Shown in pieces: positions 1 through 10,870 of a stretch of DNA of 64,000 nucleotides; position 1 is the first letter of the stretch; the number at the start of each line of letters is the position of its first letter. The DNA comes from Nemertoderma westbladi (taxonomy: Eukaryota > Animalia > Xenacoelomorpha). The stretch covers positions 81,195 to 145,194 of the forward strand of contig JAUCBJ010008117.1 of the NCBI GenBank assembly GCA_032718475.1, written 5' to 3'. The notes beneath the pieces were generated by a model. That model had not been told where the DNA came from, searched no databases, and worked only from the letters and a program-made list of their open reading frames with translations. The position numbers and the translations under genes are program-made.

Positions 1-762
1 GGACAGTCACCACCACACGCGGCCGTACAGGGGACTGCTAGTCCACAGTTAGCTGGTAGCAGGGCCACACCGTGGCGGGGACAGAAAGAAAATAACACCA
101 TATATAATAAACACAATCCCAATATACCCAGTAGGCCGAGTCTAGACAACCAAAACATTAAATCGGCACATATAAACCTAAGCGCGATACGTGAAGGACT
201 ATACAGGAAACGCTATAATCCAGGATTCCAATGTCAATTACATCGGGACGGAACCCATAAGACCAGGAGTTGCAAGTACTGGCAAGCGTTGCCCAAACGA
301 GATCGTGTAGCCTACACAGACGCAAACGGACTATGTCACCGATGTGTGGTAAAAGGACACAGATCCGGAGAGTGTTGGAAAGGGAGAGGATGTGAAAGGA
401 CTATGAGCAAACATAAGGGAGTCGGGAAAGTAGAAGGAGGCGTGTTGCATACACACGCAGGACGGACACAGTGCGAGGGGGCATTACATGAGCAGACACC
501 GCGTATACCGAGGGACGAGCGGGGGTCGTCGAGGGCTCTAATGCCAGCGCACATACGAAGGGGGAGGCCAGCAAAGGTAGCACCGAAGAGAGTGTGGCGA
601 AGAGTTAGAGGACGTATAGGAGGGCAGCAGGAGAGTGCCTACCGGAAGAAGGGGCACGTGAGAGTTTTTAGTCGTCCAAAGTTTTGGACTGAGGGGGGTG
701 GGAATGAGGGCGAGACGCCCTTCCCACGCACGAAATATAAAAATAATTATTTAATTAAATAA
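1..762 (+). CDS. 3' part of a retrotransposon Gag-like ORF with zinc knuckles (BEL/Pao-like); open from the window edge
   Basis: Frame +1 has no stop from base 1 to 762. It contains CQLHRDGTHKTRSC followed by R-x7-GLCHRCVVKGHRSGEC (CX2CX4HX4C), the tandem knuckle layout of BEL/Pao Gag. No pol follows. Confidence 0.65.
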   Translation, partial: GQSPPHAAVQGTASPQLAGSRATPWRGQKENNTIYNKHNPNIPSRPSLDNQNIKSAHINLSAIREGLYRKRYNPGFQCQLHRDGTHKTRSCKYWQALPKRDRVAYTDANGLCHRCVVKGHRSGECWKGRGCERTMSKHKGVGKVEGGVLHTHAGRTQCEGALHEQTPRIPRDERGSSRALMPAHIRRGRPAKVAPKRVWRRVRGRIGGQQESAYRKKGHVRVFSRPKFWTEGGGNEGETPFPRTKYKNNYLIK

Positions 763-779
763 AATAATTAAATAATAAA

Positions 780-2640
780 GTAGGTAGAAGTTAGGTAGTT
801 AGGAGTTATTTAGGAGGTACGTAGTACCTAGGGTCAGAGTTAGTTAGTTAGTCAGTTAGCACTGATAGTTAGTGTTAGAGTAAGAGTTAGAGAGTCTCTC
901 TACCGTTAGAGAGTAGGAGTTAAGGGGTACGTAGTACCGTTAGAGAGTTAGTAAGAGTTAGTAGGTACGTAGTACCGATAGTTAGAGAGTTAGAGGGTAC
1001 GTAGTACCAATAGTTAGTTAGAGTTAGAGGGTACGTAGTACCGATAGTTAGAGAGTTAGTAGGTACGTAGTACCTAGTTAGAGTTAGAGTTAGAGGGTAC
1101 GTAGTACCGATAGTTAGAGAGTTAGAGGGTACGTAGTACCAATAGTTAGTTAGAGTTAGAGGGTACGTAGTACCGATAGTTAGAGAGTTAGTAGGTACGT
1201 AGTACCAATAGTTAGTTAGAGTTAGAGGGTACGTAGTACCGATAGTTAGAGAGTTAGTAGGTACGTAGTACCTAGTTAGAGTTAGAGTTAGAGGGTACGT
1301 AGTACCGATAGTTAGAGAGTTAGTAGGTACGTAGTACCTAGTTAGAGTTAGAGTTAGAGGGTACGTAAGTACCGGCTAGAGAGTAGGAGTAGTAAGAGGG
1401 TACGTTGTACCGCTAGCTAGTAGAGAGAGCTAGAGTAGTAAGAGGGTACGTTGTACCGCTAGCTAGTAGAGAGAGCTAGAGTAGTAAGAGGGTACGTAGT
1501 ACCGCTAGTTAGGGGTGTTAGTAGTAGCAGTAGAGGGTTGTGGGCACCGTAAGCGCCACGTAGTTAGAGTTAGTAGGGAATGCGCTGAACTTAGTGGGGC
1601 ACGGGCGTGATGATGTGTTTGATGTAAGAGCAGGGTATGTTAATTAGGGTGGGTGCCGGGCACAAGAGGTGCCGGGCACAAAAAGAGTTAGTAAGAGTTA
1701 GTAGTAGAGTTAGTTGAGTTAGTAGAGAGTTAGTAGAGTTAGTAGAGAGTTAGTAGAGTTAGAAGGTGCCGGGCACAAGAGGTGCCGGGCACAAGAGGTG
1801 CCGGGCACAAAAAGAGTTAGTAGAGTTAGAAGAGAGTTAGTAGAGTCAGTAGTAGTTCACATAATTAACGTACCCACTCTGCCGGCACTCAGAGCGTCAC
1901 GTGTAGGCGATGAGACGTAAAGGGGGAGTAGAGGAGTGGTAGAGACGGGCACATAGGGTGCCAGGTAGTAGAGTTAGAGAGTTAGAGATAGAGTAGAGTA
2001 GTAGAGAGGGCACATAGGGTGCCAGGTAGTAGAGTTAGAGAGATAGAGTAGAGTAGTAGAGAGGGCACATAGGGTGCCAGGTAGTAGAGTTAGAGAGATA
2101 GAGTAGAGTAGTAGAGAGGGCACATAGGGTGCCAGGTAGTAGAGTTAGAGAGGTAGTAGTGTAGTAGAGAGGGCACATAGGGTGCCAGCTAGTAGAGTAG
2201 AGCAGAGAGGGCACATAGGGTGCCAGGTAGTAGAGCTAGAGAGGTAGTTGAGTAGTAGAAGGGCACATAGGGTGCCAGATAGTAGAATGGTTGTGGGCAC
2301 CGCAAGCGCCACGTAGTTAGAAGAGTGGAATAGAGTTAGTAGAGCTAGTTAGTAGAGTTAGCAGAGCTAGTGGAGTAGAGTTAGCAGAGCTAGTGGAATA
2401 GAGTTAGTAGAGCTAGTTAGCAGAGTTGGTAGACTCAGAGGGGTCAAGTAGAGTTAGTAGAAGTAGAAAGTTAGTAGGAGTTAGTTAGACTTAGTAGAGA
2501 GTTAGAGTCAGTAGAAAGTTAGGGGCTCTCAGTTAGAGCTAGAAGTAGTAAGAGTTAGTAGTTAGCAGAGTTAGTTAGATAGTTAGAGTTAGTAAGCAGT
2601 AGGTAGATAGTATGATAGCACAGGGGTAGCATTAGAGAAT
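780..2640 (+). repeat. Strand-biased (C-poor) composite tandem repeat region
   Basis: GTTAGA/GTAGAG-rich runs with sub-arrays containing GGTACGTAGTACC (~880-1510), GTGCCGGGCAC (~1650-1810) and GGCACATAGGGTGCC (~1950-2280). Confidence 0.9.
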
Positions 2641-2954
2641 AAAGCCTTAGGGAGTGACGAGAGAGTGGAGAGGTGATAGTGCGGAGTGCGAAGAGAGCGT
2701 GGGCGCAATTCAAGTGTGGGGAAGGAGAAGTGAGAGGAAGAGTGTGGGACGAGGAGGTCCGGGGGTATGCGAGAGTTGGAGCAGAGTGGTGAGAGTGTTG
2801 GGGAAACAAAAATTGTGTGAGAGAAGCGCACGATCGGCCCGACACGAGACGCCAGAGGGTAGTGACATCATACCCATAGGGAGCGGCCTGGAAAGCCGAC
2901 TCCGAAAAAATAGACCCACCCCACACCCGATAATAGATCGGGATCCAGCGGGAT

Positions 2955-3531
2955 TGTAACGCACTTTTTGGTTGATGCTATCTTCTTACCGGGAAGATAG
3001 CATGGGGGGGAGTGTTAGCTTATTCAATCCCGCCAACACCCCATAAAGTTGTAAGCCGATAAGCAATATTGGGAGCCACGAGATTGGGCAATTAACCAAC
3101 TCGTGCCATCCCAATAAGAGTGGGAAGGAGGCACACACAATAGGGGTCAGGGGCCAAACCCCTAACCGAGAGAGAACACAGGGAGTGAAGGGAAACACTC
3201 CAAAGGGTGCCAACAGGGGTATCAACCAATCAGAGGGGGGAAAGGCATCGATTGAGTAGCAATAAGGCCACCGTGCAATATAACCAGTAACCTGTAATCA
3301 TTCATTCAGTTTACTCAGTCAGATCAGTAGGGTGGAACGGGGACTTCTGTCACCGTCCGCTACCGCCATTATATATTACCTATTGTGCCATACTATATTA
3401 TATCAACTGTCAGACTATTATACCTTTATACATATTACCCAACATCAGAACTCTTTTACCTTTCACACACGGCGGGGACGCGTGGATAGAAAACCCAAAC
3501 GGATAAACCGGGATCCGTAGATCCCGTCACA
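2955..3531 (+). mobile_element. Putative LTR
   Basis: Termini TGTAACG...CGTCACA (6/7 inverted match), with internal CCAATCAG, TATAA and repeated TCAGT initiator-like motifs. No TSD or second copy was seen. Confidence 0.4.
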
Positions 3532-5118
3532 TTCGTCATCTGGGTTCCAATTCCTTCCCGTCACGTTGTTGGATAAAATTAGGGCTATTTTAGAGTATTC
3601 TGCGCATTGCGGAAAAATGACTTGTTATGTCCGCAAAAGCTTTTACATACTGGCTCATATTTGCAACCATTTGTAACAAATTGTAACCAGGGACATCAAT
3701 TTGTGACAAGGTGCTCATATTTTTAACCAAACACATTGATTCGTAATGCGGAAATACAGATTTGTAACCAGGTATTCAAATTCGTAATTGGAAATCCAAA
3801 TTCGTAACCAGGCGCTCAGATTCGATACTGGTTTAGAGTTGATATCCTGAAAAAAATAGTTAGCGGTTATGGCCTGTAAAAATATTAGTTTCGGTTTGGT
3901 TTAACTTCGGTTCCTTCACGGCGTCTTGACGCCGTCTTTAAATATTAAAAGTTAAATATTATAGGCCTAATAATTTGAAATAATACAGTATATAAATACA
4001 GTATGGCCTATACTGTATATAAATGGGAACATTTCTCAAAAGAACAGTCCGTTTAAATCAACGACTGCTTGTATTGTATTATTTGTTTTTATTATTTGAC
4101 CGATACTGTATACGATACGACCCTCCTGGCCCTGGCAAACCAGCAAACTGCTCAAGCGCTGAAGCCATTACCTCAATAAATCTTGTAAGGGGCAACACCT
4201 CAACAAAATTCATGGAATAACTATTCAAACCTTCTCTAACACACAGGCACTATCGGTAGGTATACTGTATAGGCAGTGTCAGTACTGTAGTGGCTCTCAC
4301 AATGGAACCAATTGATTGAAATGTCTTTTATGAAAGACACAGCAATTTTATACATACTGTATAGTATATTCCGCGTGAGGGGGGATTGACAAATCAACTA
4401 GGCCTATGTATAAATAAATCACTGCTGCAGTATTTTGGAAATATTAATGTCAATTATCGTAATGAGAATTTATTTTGTAAGTTGTTTTTGAAATTTTCGT
4501 GGGATTATACTGCGGATTGACTACTTACAAATTCCCAAAATTATACTCAGCGTGTCCGTATTTATAGGCCGAAACAGTCCACGTCCAGTCCAGGATGGTT
4601 GCAGGTCTGTAGGAGTAAGTACTGTATAATACTGCGGAGTCAATCAATATTGAATCGATTACGGTACTGTATGCATTATGCGGTAATATACGACAAGTTG
4701 TTACATGTCATACAACTTATATTATATGTACAATAGATGGGATGCAGAAAATAGAGTATGCATGGCATGCATAAGCTACAACAGTATATATATCTGTCTT
4801 GCTGCATATTAATTGCAATCAATAGGGATATCAAACATTAATTTAACTTCCTACAACTTTACAATACTTTACAATAAAAATTATTAAAATTAAAAAATTG
4901 TCATAAAATTATTAAATATAATATAACATATTAATACTTAATATATTTTGTTACATTACGTCATCTTAACAGCGTTCTGGTGAATTACTCGTAACGCTGC
5001 AAAGTAATAACTGACATGGAAACAACTTCAATTACCGTATTCCAGAATGTATTATTACCATTTATCTTAATGCGTGCTGCTTTATTATCCGCAGTTTGCA
5101 GTGACGTGACTACTACTA

Positions 5119-7463
5119 CTAGGTCGAGCGAACTCGGACAGTGGAAATGAGATCCTTCCAGGCTTCCCGATTCTCCATAGTTGTCGCAATTTCGTTTCTC
5201 CCAAGTTCAGTATCCCTTTCAAGTTGATCTATATATGTTATGGCCGGTCGTCCACGTCTACGCTTTCCATGAGTTGGTTGCCAGAGAAGTAGATCTGGTA
5301 TGACCTCGTCTTTACTTCGCCAGCAGTGCCCACTGAATCTTAATCTGCGTTCACGGAGGGTGGTTGATACAGGTGGTATTGTACCATAAAGCTCGGCGTT
5401 TGTCATGTGTTGTCTCCAGCTGATGTTTAGGGCTGCCCTTAGTAGTCTTGTGTAGCAACCATCAATTCGTTGTTCAAGTGATTTAGTCAGTGTCCAGGTC
5501 TCACCCCCGTATAAAAATACACTTTCCACTGTGGCTCGAAAGAACTTAGTCTTCAGGTGCCTGGAGAGATCTGATTTCCAGATGGTATCCATTTTTGATA
5601 GAGCTACCCAAGCCTTTGCTTTCCTAACTTCTATGTCCTTTTTGCTACTCTCTATCCATGATCCAAGGTACTGGAAGTCATCGACCTTCCTTAGTTGATT
5701 ATTATCAATGGTTGTCAAGTTCCCATCAACATTAAAGGTCATGAATTCGGTCTTTGTAGCATTTATATGCAATCCAACCTCCTTAGCAGCCCTCTCCACT
5801 TTATTTAGTAGAAGATGTGCATCTGCTAGCGTATTAGAGAGCAGGACGATGTCATCCGCAAAGTCGGTGTCTGTGACTGTAGTTGCCGGATATCTACTAC
5901 TTCTGCCTTCTTGAAGTGTGAATCCCAGATCGTCACCCTTTGTGGCCGTCCTCATTGCGTAATCCAGCACAATTACAAATAGTAATGGTGCTAATGTGTC
6001 ACCTTGCAGTACTGCAGCTAGGATTGAGAAAAACTCAGTATCACCATCTGGTGAGAGTACCTGCGCTTCTGTGTCACAATATAACAATCCAATGCCAACA
6101 ACAATTACTTCTGGTATTCCATAAGTTCTTAGGATTTCAAGCATTTTACCTCTATGGATGGAGTCGAATGCCTTCTTGAAGTCCACAAAAGTCATGACTG
6201 CGGGGAGATTCTTTGACTTAATTCCTTCAATCAGTCTCCGTAGTGCAAGTATCTGAGCTATTGTTGATCTACTTGGTCGAATCCGTTTTGGCTCTTACGC
6301 AGTAGTTTCTCTAGGTGAGGCCTAATCCTATATAGAATCATTTTATTGTATATTTTGGCAGCTACCACAAGCAGACAGATCCCACGATAGTTTGTTGGTA
6401 TGCCGAGGTCTCCTTTCTTGGGGAGAGGCTTTAGTTGACCTTTAGTCCAAATTGGTGGTGGCTTTTCCCCTTTTAACATCCGGTTGCAAACATTCAATAA
6501 TGGTCTGTTTAGCACTCCGGTTTTCCATACCTCCGCTGGGATTTCATCTAATCCACTCGCTTTATTATTGGACATGCTTTTAATGCTTCTCTGGAGTTCG
6601 GCAGGTGTGAAGTCCCCTGTTTCTATAGGTTGTGTCTTGTCATATATTTTCCTTGTAGGGCTGACCTCGATGTTTGGTGGCTGCCCAAGCAAGTTCCTGA
6701 AGTGATTTTTCCACTTCCCAACACGTTCTTCAGGACTATTGGCTTTGAGGCGCCCCTTTGCACAACTTTTCCGACCAGATACCTCATTTACAGTTTGCCA
6801 GGTAAGTCTTGATTGTTGCTGTATGTGAGCAGTTGTATTTGCTTCAGTTTTATCCTGTATGTACTTTTCCTGGCTGGTGTTGTAGGCCAATTTAAGATCG
6901 TCCTTAGCTTTCTCAACCTTGTTAATGTTTTCAGTTGTGGGTTGTTCGGTTTTAACTTTGTAGGCTATCTTAAGATCTTCTCTCTTACAAGTAACCTCAG
7001 AGTTTTGCCATGGCACATACTGTTTTCGTTTGGGTTTCTGGGGGATATGCCTCTTAGCTGATTCCTTGTGGGCTGTAATTATATTCTGGTATATTGAATC
7101 GGTGGACCGGTCTTCATCCATTGACTGAAGTGCTTCAAAGCGGTTTTTAACTTCTACTGTGTAAGCATCCTTTACTGCATTGTAAGTTCTGAGTTTCTCC
7201 CAGTCATATTTGATTTGCTTTCTTGTCCTGGGTTTGCTGGCTCTCAAACTGAGTCTGATCTCTGCAGTCACAATTCTGTGGTCCGAACCAATTAGGTTGA
7301 ACGAGCTGTATGCCTCGTAGTTGATCATGCTGTTTCTCCACTTTTTGTTTATAAGGATGTAATCCAGTTGTGCTTTGGTTCCATTAGGGTATTGAAAGGT
7401 CCATAGTTTCCCCTTACTCTTTTCGAATGTGTTGTTTGTTGGTATCAATTCACATTCTTCCAT
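5119..7463 (-). pseudogene. LINE ORF2 (endonuclease C-terminus plus reverse transcriptase), split by a 1-bp frameshift near 6280
   Basis: ORFs 6258-7463 and 5119-6195 carry NYRGICLL, FVDFKKAFDSI, LQGDTLAP, DFADDI, FQYLGS and RRLRFSGHCWR. Copy 2 has the extra A (CGAAATCC vs CGAATCC). Confidence 0.9.
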
Positions 7464-7545
7464 TAGGTCTAAAAGTAAGCACCCATTTCTGTTAGAACTG
7501 GTGTTTCAGGTGTAACCCTTGATGTCTTCTGTGCCAATTTGCGCC

Positions 7546-7750
7546 ATGGTCACATACCATACCGTTATATACATATACCGTTATCATACCGTTTTACTCT
7601 AACGTACTTAGTATCACTTGTGACAGACCCTTTTATTTCTGCGGAGTGAGCGCATACTGTATCATTTGTAAACCTAACATTTTTAAATATCGCCAGACCA
7701 TTTTAAATATAGCCGCCGGTGGCGTAGAGTCCGGATAATAATAATAATAA
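7546..7750 (+). mobile_element. Short foreign insertion in the LINE endonuclease, ending in (TAA)n
   Basis: It interrupts APE between IPKHN and AQIG, the expected GDxN motif is missing, and it ends GGCGTAGAGTCCGGA(TAA)5. Confidence 0.55.
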
Positions 7751-8382
7751 TTGTGTTTCGGAATGTCCTTTATAAGTCCAGTCAGATCTTCATAAAACTT
7801 GACTGCTTGTTCTGGCTCTGAGGCATTGGTTGGACTGTAGCAACATATAACTGATGCCTTGGGATTCCCATCACATGTTGCGATCATAACCCTGGAATTT
7901 ATAGATTCGATGTTTTTTAGGGTCTTAAGTGCAAATGGGCTTAGCAGAATTCCTACTCCACCAATTGATGCATTGGCCGAGTGACGTGACTAGCTACTGT
8001 ATGTAAATAATTGTATAACGTGTACATTAATCCATTATTTAGAGAAAGTATATATATATTGTATGTATTATATGTATATATACTTTAGAGAAAATGACCA
8101 AAGAAAATGGCGACAGTGTTCAGTAAAACTCAACGGACACAGACGGTGACTAAGTTTGCTTCAGTCGACCAGTGTCGAGATGAATCAAAGATTATCACAT
8201 CCATGCACGAGATAAATCCAATAAATTTTATTAGATATATAAATGTAGTACCGGTACCTGTTAATAAATTTCACTTATATTCGATATAGTACATGATTAA
8301 AATGTATAAATGAGCATCCATAAAATCCTTTCTTCACATACCGAACGCTGATGAGTTGACATAATGTAACAAAATTACGTAC

Positions 8383-8517
8383 ATCATTGTGTGCAAAGGT
8401 TACTTTTCAGCGTTATAGACCCTTATTTATTTATGTAGACCTTCCTCGCTGCGCTCGCTCGGTACATAAATAAACTCGGGCCGTAACGCTGCAAAGTGCT
8501 ACTTTGCACACAATGAT
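8383..8517. repeat. Short palindromic (foldback) element
   Basis: Arms ATCATTGTGTGCAAAG...TTTATTTATGTA and TACATAAATAAA...CTTTGCACACAATGAT surround a CTCGCTGCGCTCG core. Confidence 0.75.
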
Positions 8518-8755
8518 TTGAATAGTTATTATCATTAGGCAGGTATAACTTACAGTATTAGAGTACCATTATGCAATACATTTATTAAATCGCCAACATA
8601 ATTTCGTAATTCCTGTAAGTTATTGTGTGGCAAAAATATTTTTTTTGCCGATAAAATGAGTTTGTTTTAGAACATTCGCGCACGCCAACTAACATGGCTA
8701 GCCCCGTAGACCTGGCATATAAATTAAATGTTCCTGCCGACAACAATTTTTCGAA

Positions 8756-8920
8756 AGAGTTAATTGTATTTTATTTATTAATCAAGCTCGTTAAGTAAAA
8801 ACCTTACCGGTAGGTATGTCAGTGCCAAAGTATGTAAAAAACTAAAAAGCAACAAGACCTAGACGTTGCATGAAATTTTACTTAACGTGCTTGATTAATA
8901 AATAAAATACAATTAACTCT
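8756..8920. repeat. ~45-bp inverted repeat
   Basis: AGAGTTAATTGTATTTTATTTATTAATCAAGC... at 8756-8800 is mirrored at 8876-8920. Confidence 0.8.
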
Positions 8921-9406
8921 TTATTATTGGATTTTCAAGCTTCTACTTCAATTTTCGAAAATTCTCGCACACTACTGTAGTTTATTAATAATAATTGTGG
9001 CCTACTGTGCAATGTTTTTTAAGCAATAATGGTATGCCTCATATTTATTTTTCTAGCAAGCACTGAGGTGCTTACAATAATGTGCCACATCATAATCAGA
9101 ACTCATTGCGAGTGAGTACTATACTTTTGTATTGATTATTGTGTTTTATTACTTTGGTGTATATCTTTGTTTACATCGAGTCAGACAGTCTGACAGTAGG
9201 CCTGCGGTAAGTAGGATTATGCAGTAAAACTAGCATAAGGTAGATCACGCTTATTCTCTACCAATTGACAGCTGTGTCTGGACTCTCCCGACTGAGCTGC
9301 CTCCATTTTTATTATTTCATAAAACGGAGTTTAATGGAATAAAAGATCTATCAATCAATTAATCAACTCAGTTCAACCTTGCAACCCATTGCTTAATGAT
9401 AAAAAC

Positions 9407-10207
9407 GTAGTACTGTAGGCCTATTAGACGATGCAATAGAGAGTGTAGTAGTACTGTAGGGCTATTAAACGATGCAATAGAGAGTGTAGTAGTACTGTAG
9501 GCCTATTAGACGATGCAATATAGAGTGTAGTAGTACGTAGGGCTATTAGACGATGCAGTAGATAATATAGTAGTACTGTAGGGCTATTAGACGATGCAGT
9601 AGATAATGTAGTAGTACTGTAGGGCTATTAGACGATGCAATAGAGAGTGTAGTAGTACTGTAGGGCCATTAGACGATGCAGTAGAGAGTGTAGTAGTACT
9701 GTAGGGCTATTAGACGATGCAGTAGAGAGTGTAGTAGTACTGTAGGCCTATTAGACGATGCAGTAGATAATGTAGTAGTACTGTAGGGCTATTTGACGAT
9801 GCAATAGAGAGTGTAGTAGTACTGTAGGCCTATTAGACGATGCAGTAGATAATGTAGTAGTACTGTAGGGCTATTTGACGATGCAATAGAGAGTGTAGTA
9901 GTACTGTAGGCCTATTAGACGATACAGTAGATAATGTAGTAGTACTGTAGGGCTATTTGACGATGCAGTAGATAATGTAGTAGTACTGTAGGGCTATTAG
10001 ACGATGCAGTAGAGAGTGTAGTAGTACTGTAGGGCTATTAGACGATGCAGTAGATAATGTAGTAGTACTGTAGGGCTATTAGACGATGCAATAGAGAGTG
10101 TAGTAGTACTGTAGGCCTATTAGACGATGCAATAGAGAGTGTAGTAGTACTGTAGGCCTATTAGACGATGCAATATAGAGTGTAGTAGTACGTAGGGCTG
10201 TAGACGA
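9407..10207. repeat. 40-bp minisatellite, ~20 copies
   Basis: Unit AGAGTGTAGTAGTACTGTAGG(G/C)CTATTAGACGATGCAATAG-like. Confidence 0.95.
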
Positions 10208-10731
10208 TTGTCCCCGTCTGTTTAGGAATATTTTTAGGCGGAAGACGCTGATTTATTAGGGGAAATAAGTTCTTATTACGAAGTTGAAATCTATAATATT
10301 GTCAGAGAAACTGTATAATGTTCATTCAACTTGTTAAATAATATTTCCTACTGCCCAATATAACTACTATATAATACAACCTAATACACCAGTAGACATT
10401 TGTACCCAGATAGAGAAGTCACCTTAAATGAATAATGCCAATATTATATATAGAGCACAGACAATAGCCCATCAACCAATCGTAGGATGATACCGCAGGC
10501 TAACTAACTACAAACAGCTGAAGGGCCAAATTTATTTATCACCTAACTAACAAGGGTTGTGTGTAGTAAGCAAGATATTATTTTTAGTAACCGATTGCTC
10601 CTTATACTCTACTATAGAAATTATATTGAAGATTCACGGATACGTGCACAGTCCCCTAATTTTTTCATTGCCCTAGCAAAAATTACAAAAATAATTGAAA
10701 ATTACACCAAAAATAGTGAAGGCACTTGAAG

Positions 10732-10870
10732 CTTACATACTACAAATCTTTCAATCTATGTACAAACTTGAATCTTACATACTATAAATCTTTTAATATA
10801 TGTACAAACTTGAATCTTACATACTACAAATCTTTCAATATATGTACAAACCTTACATACTATAAATCTC
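10732..10870. repeat. ~41-bp tandem repeat, ~3.5 copies
   Basis: CTTACATACTACAAATCTTTCAATCTATGTACAAACTTGAAT is repeated. Confidence 0.8.

Larger units (their letters stand above)
5113..7979 (-). mobile_element. 5'-truncated RTE-clade LINE, copy 1, with TSD
   Basis: APE remnant (CYSPTN, AQIG, SDH) plus RT, and a (TAG)n 3' tail at ~5111-5121. The direct repeat AGTGACGTGACTA occurs at 5100-5112 and 7980-7992. Confidence 0.92.

Noticed and set aside
780-2640. Telomeric repeat tract
   Set aside because: It is TTAG-rich but has no sustained TTAGG or TTAGGG array.
4550-4600. GGCCGAAACAG hammerhead half
   Set aside because: There is no upstream CUGANGA and no stem II partner.
8345-8385. Hammerhead-like CTGATGA plus hairpin
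   Set aside because: It is followed by AAAA rather than GAAA, and there is no stem I partner.
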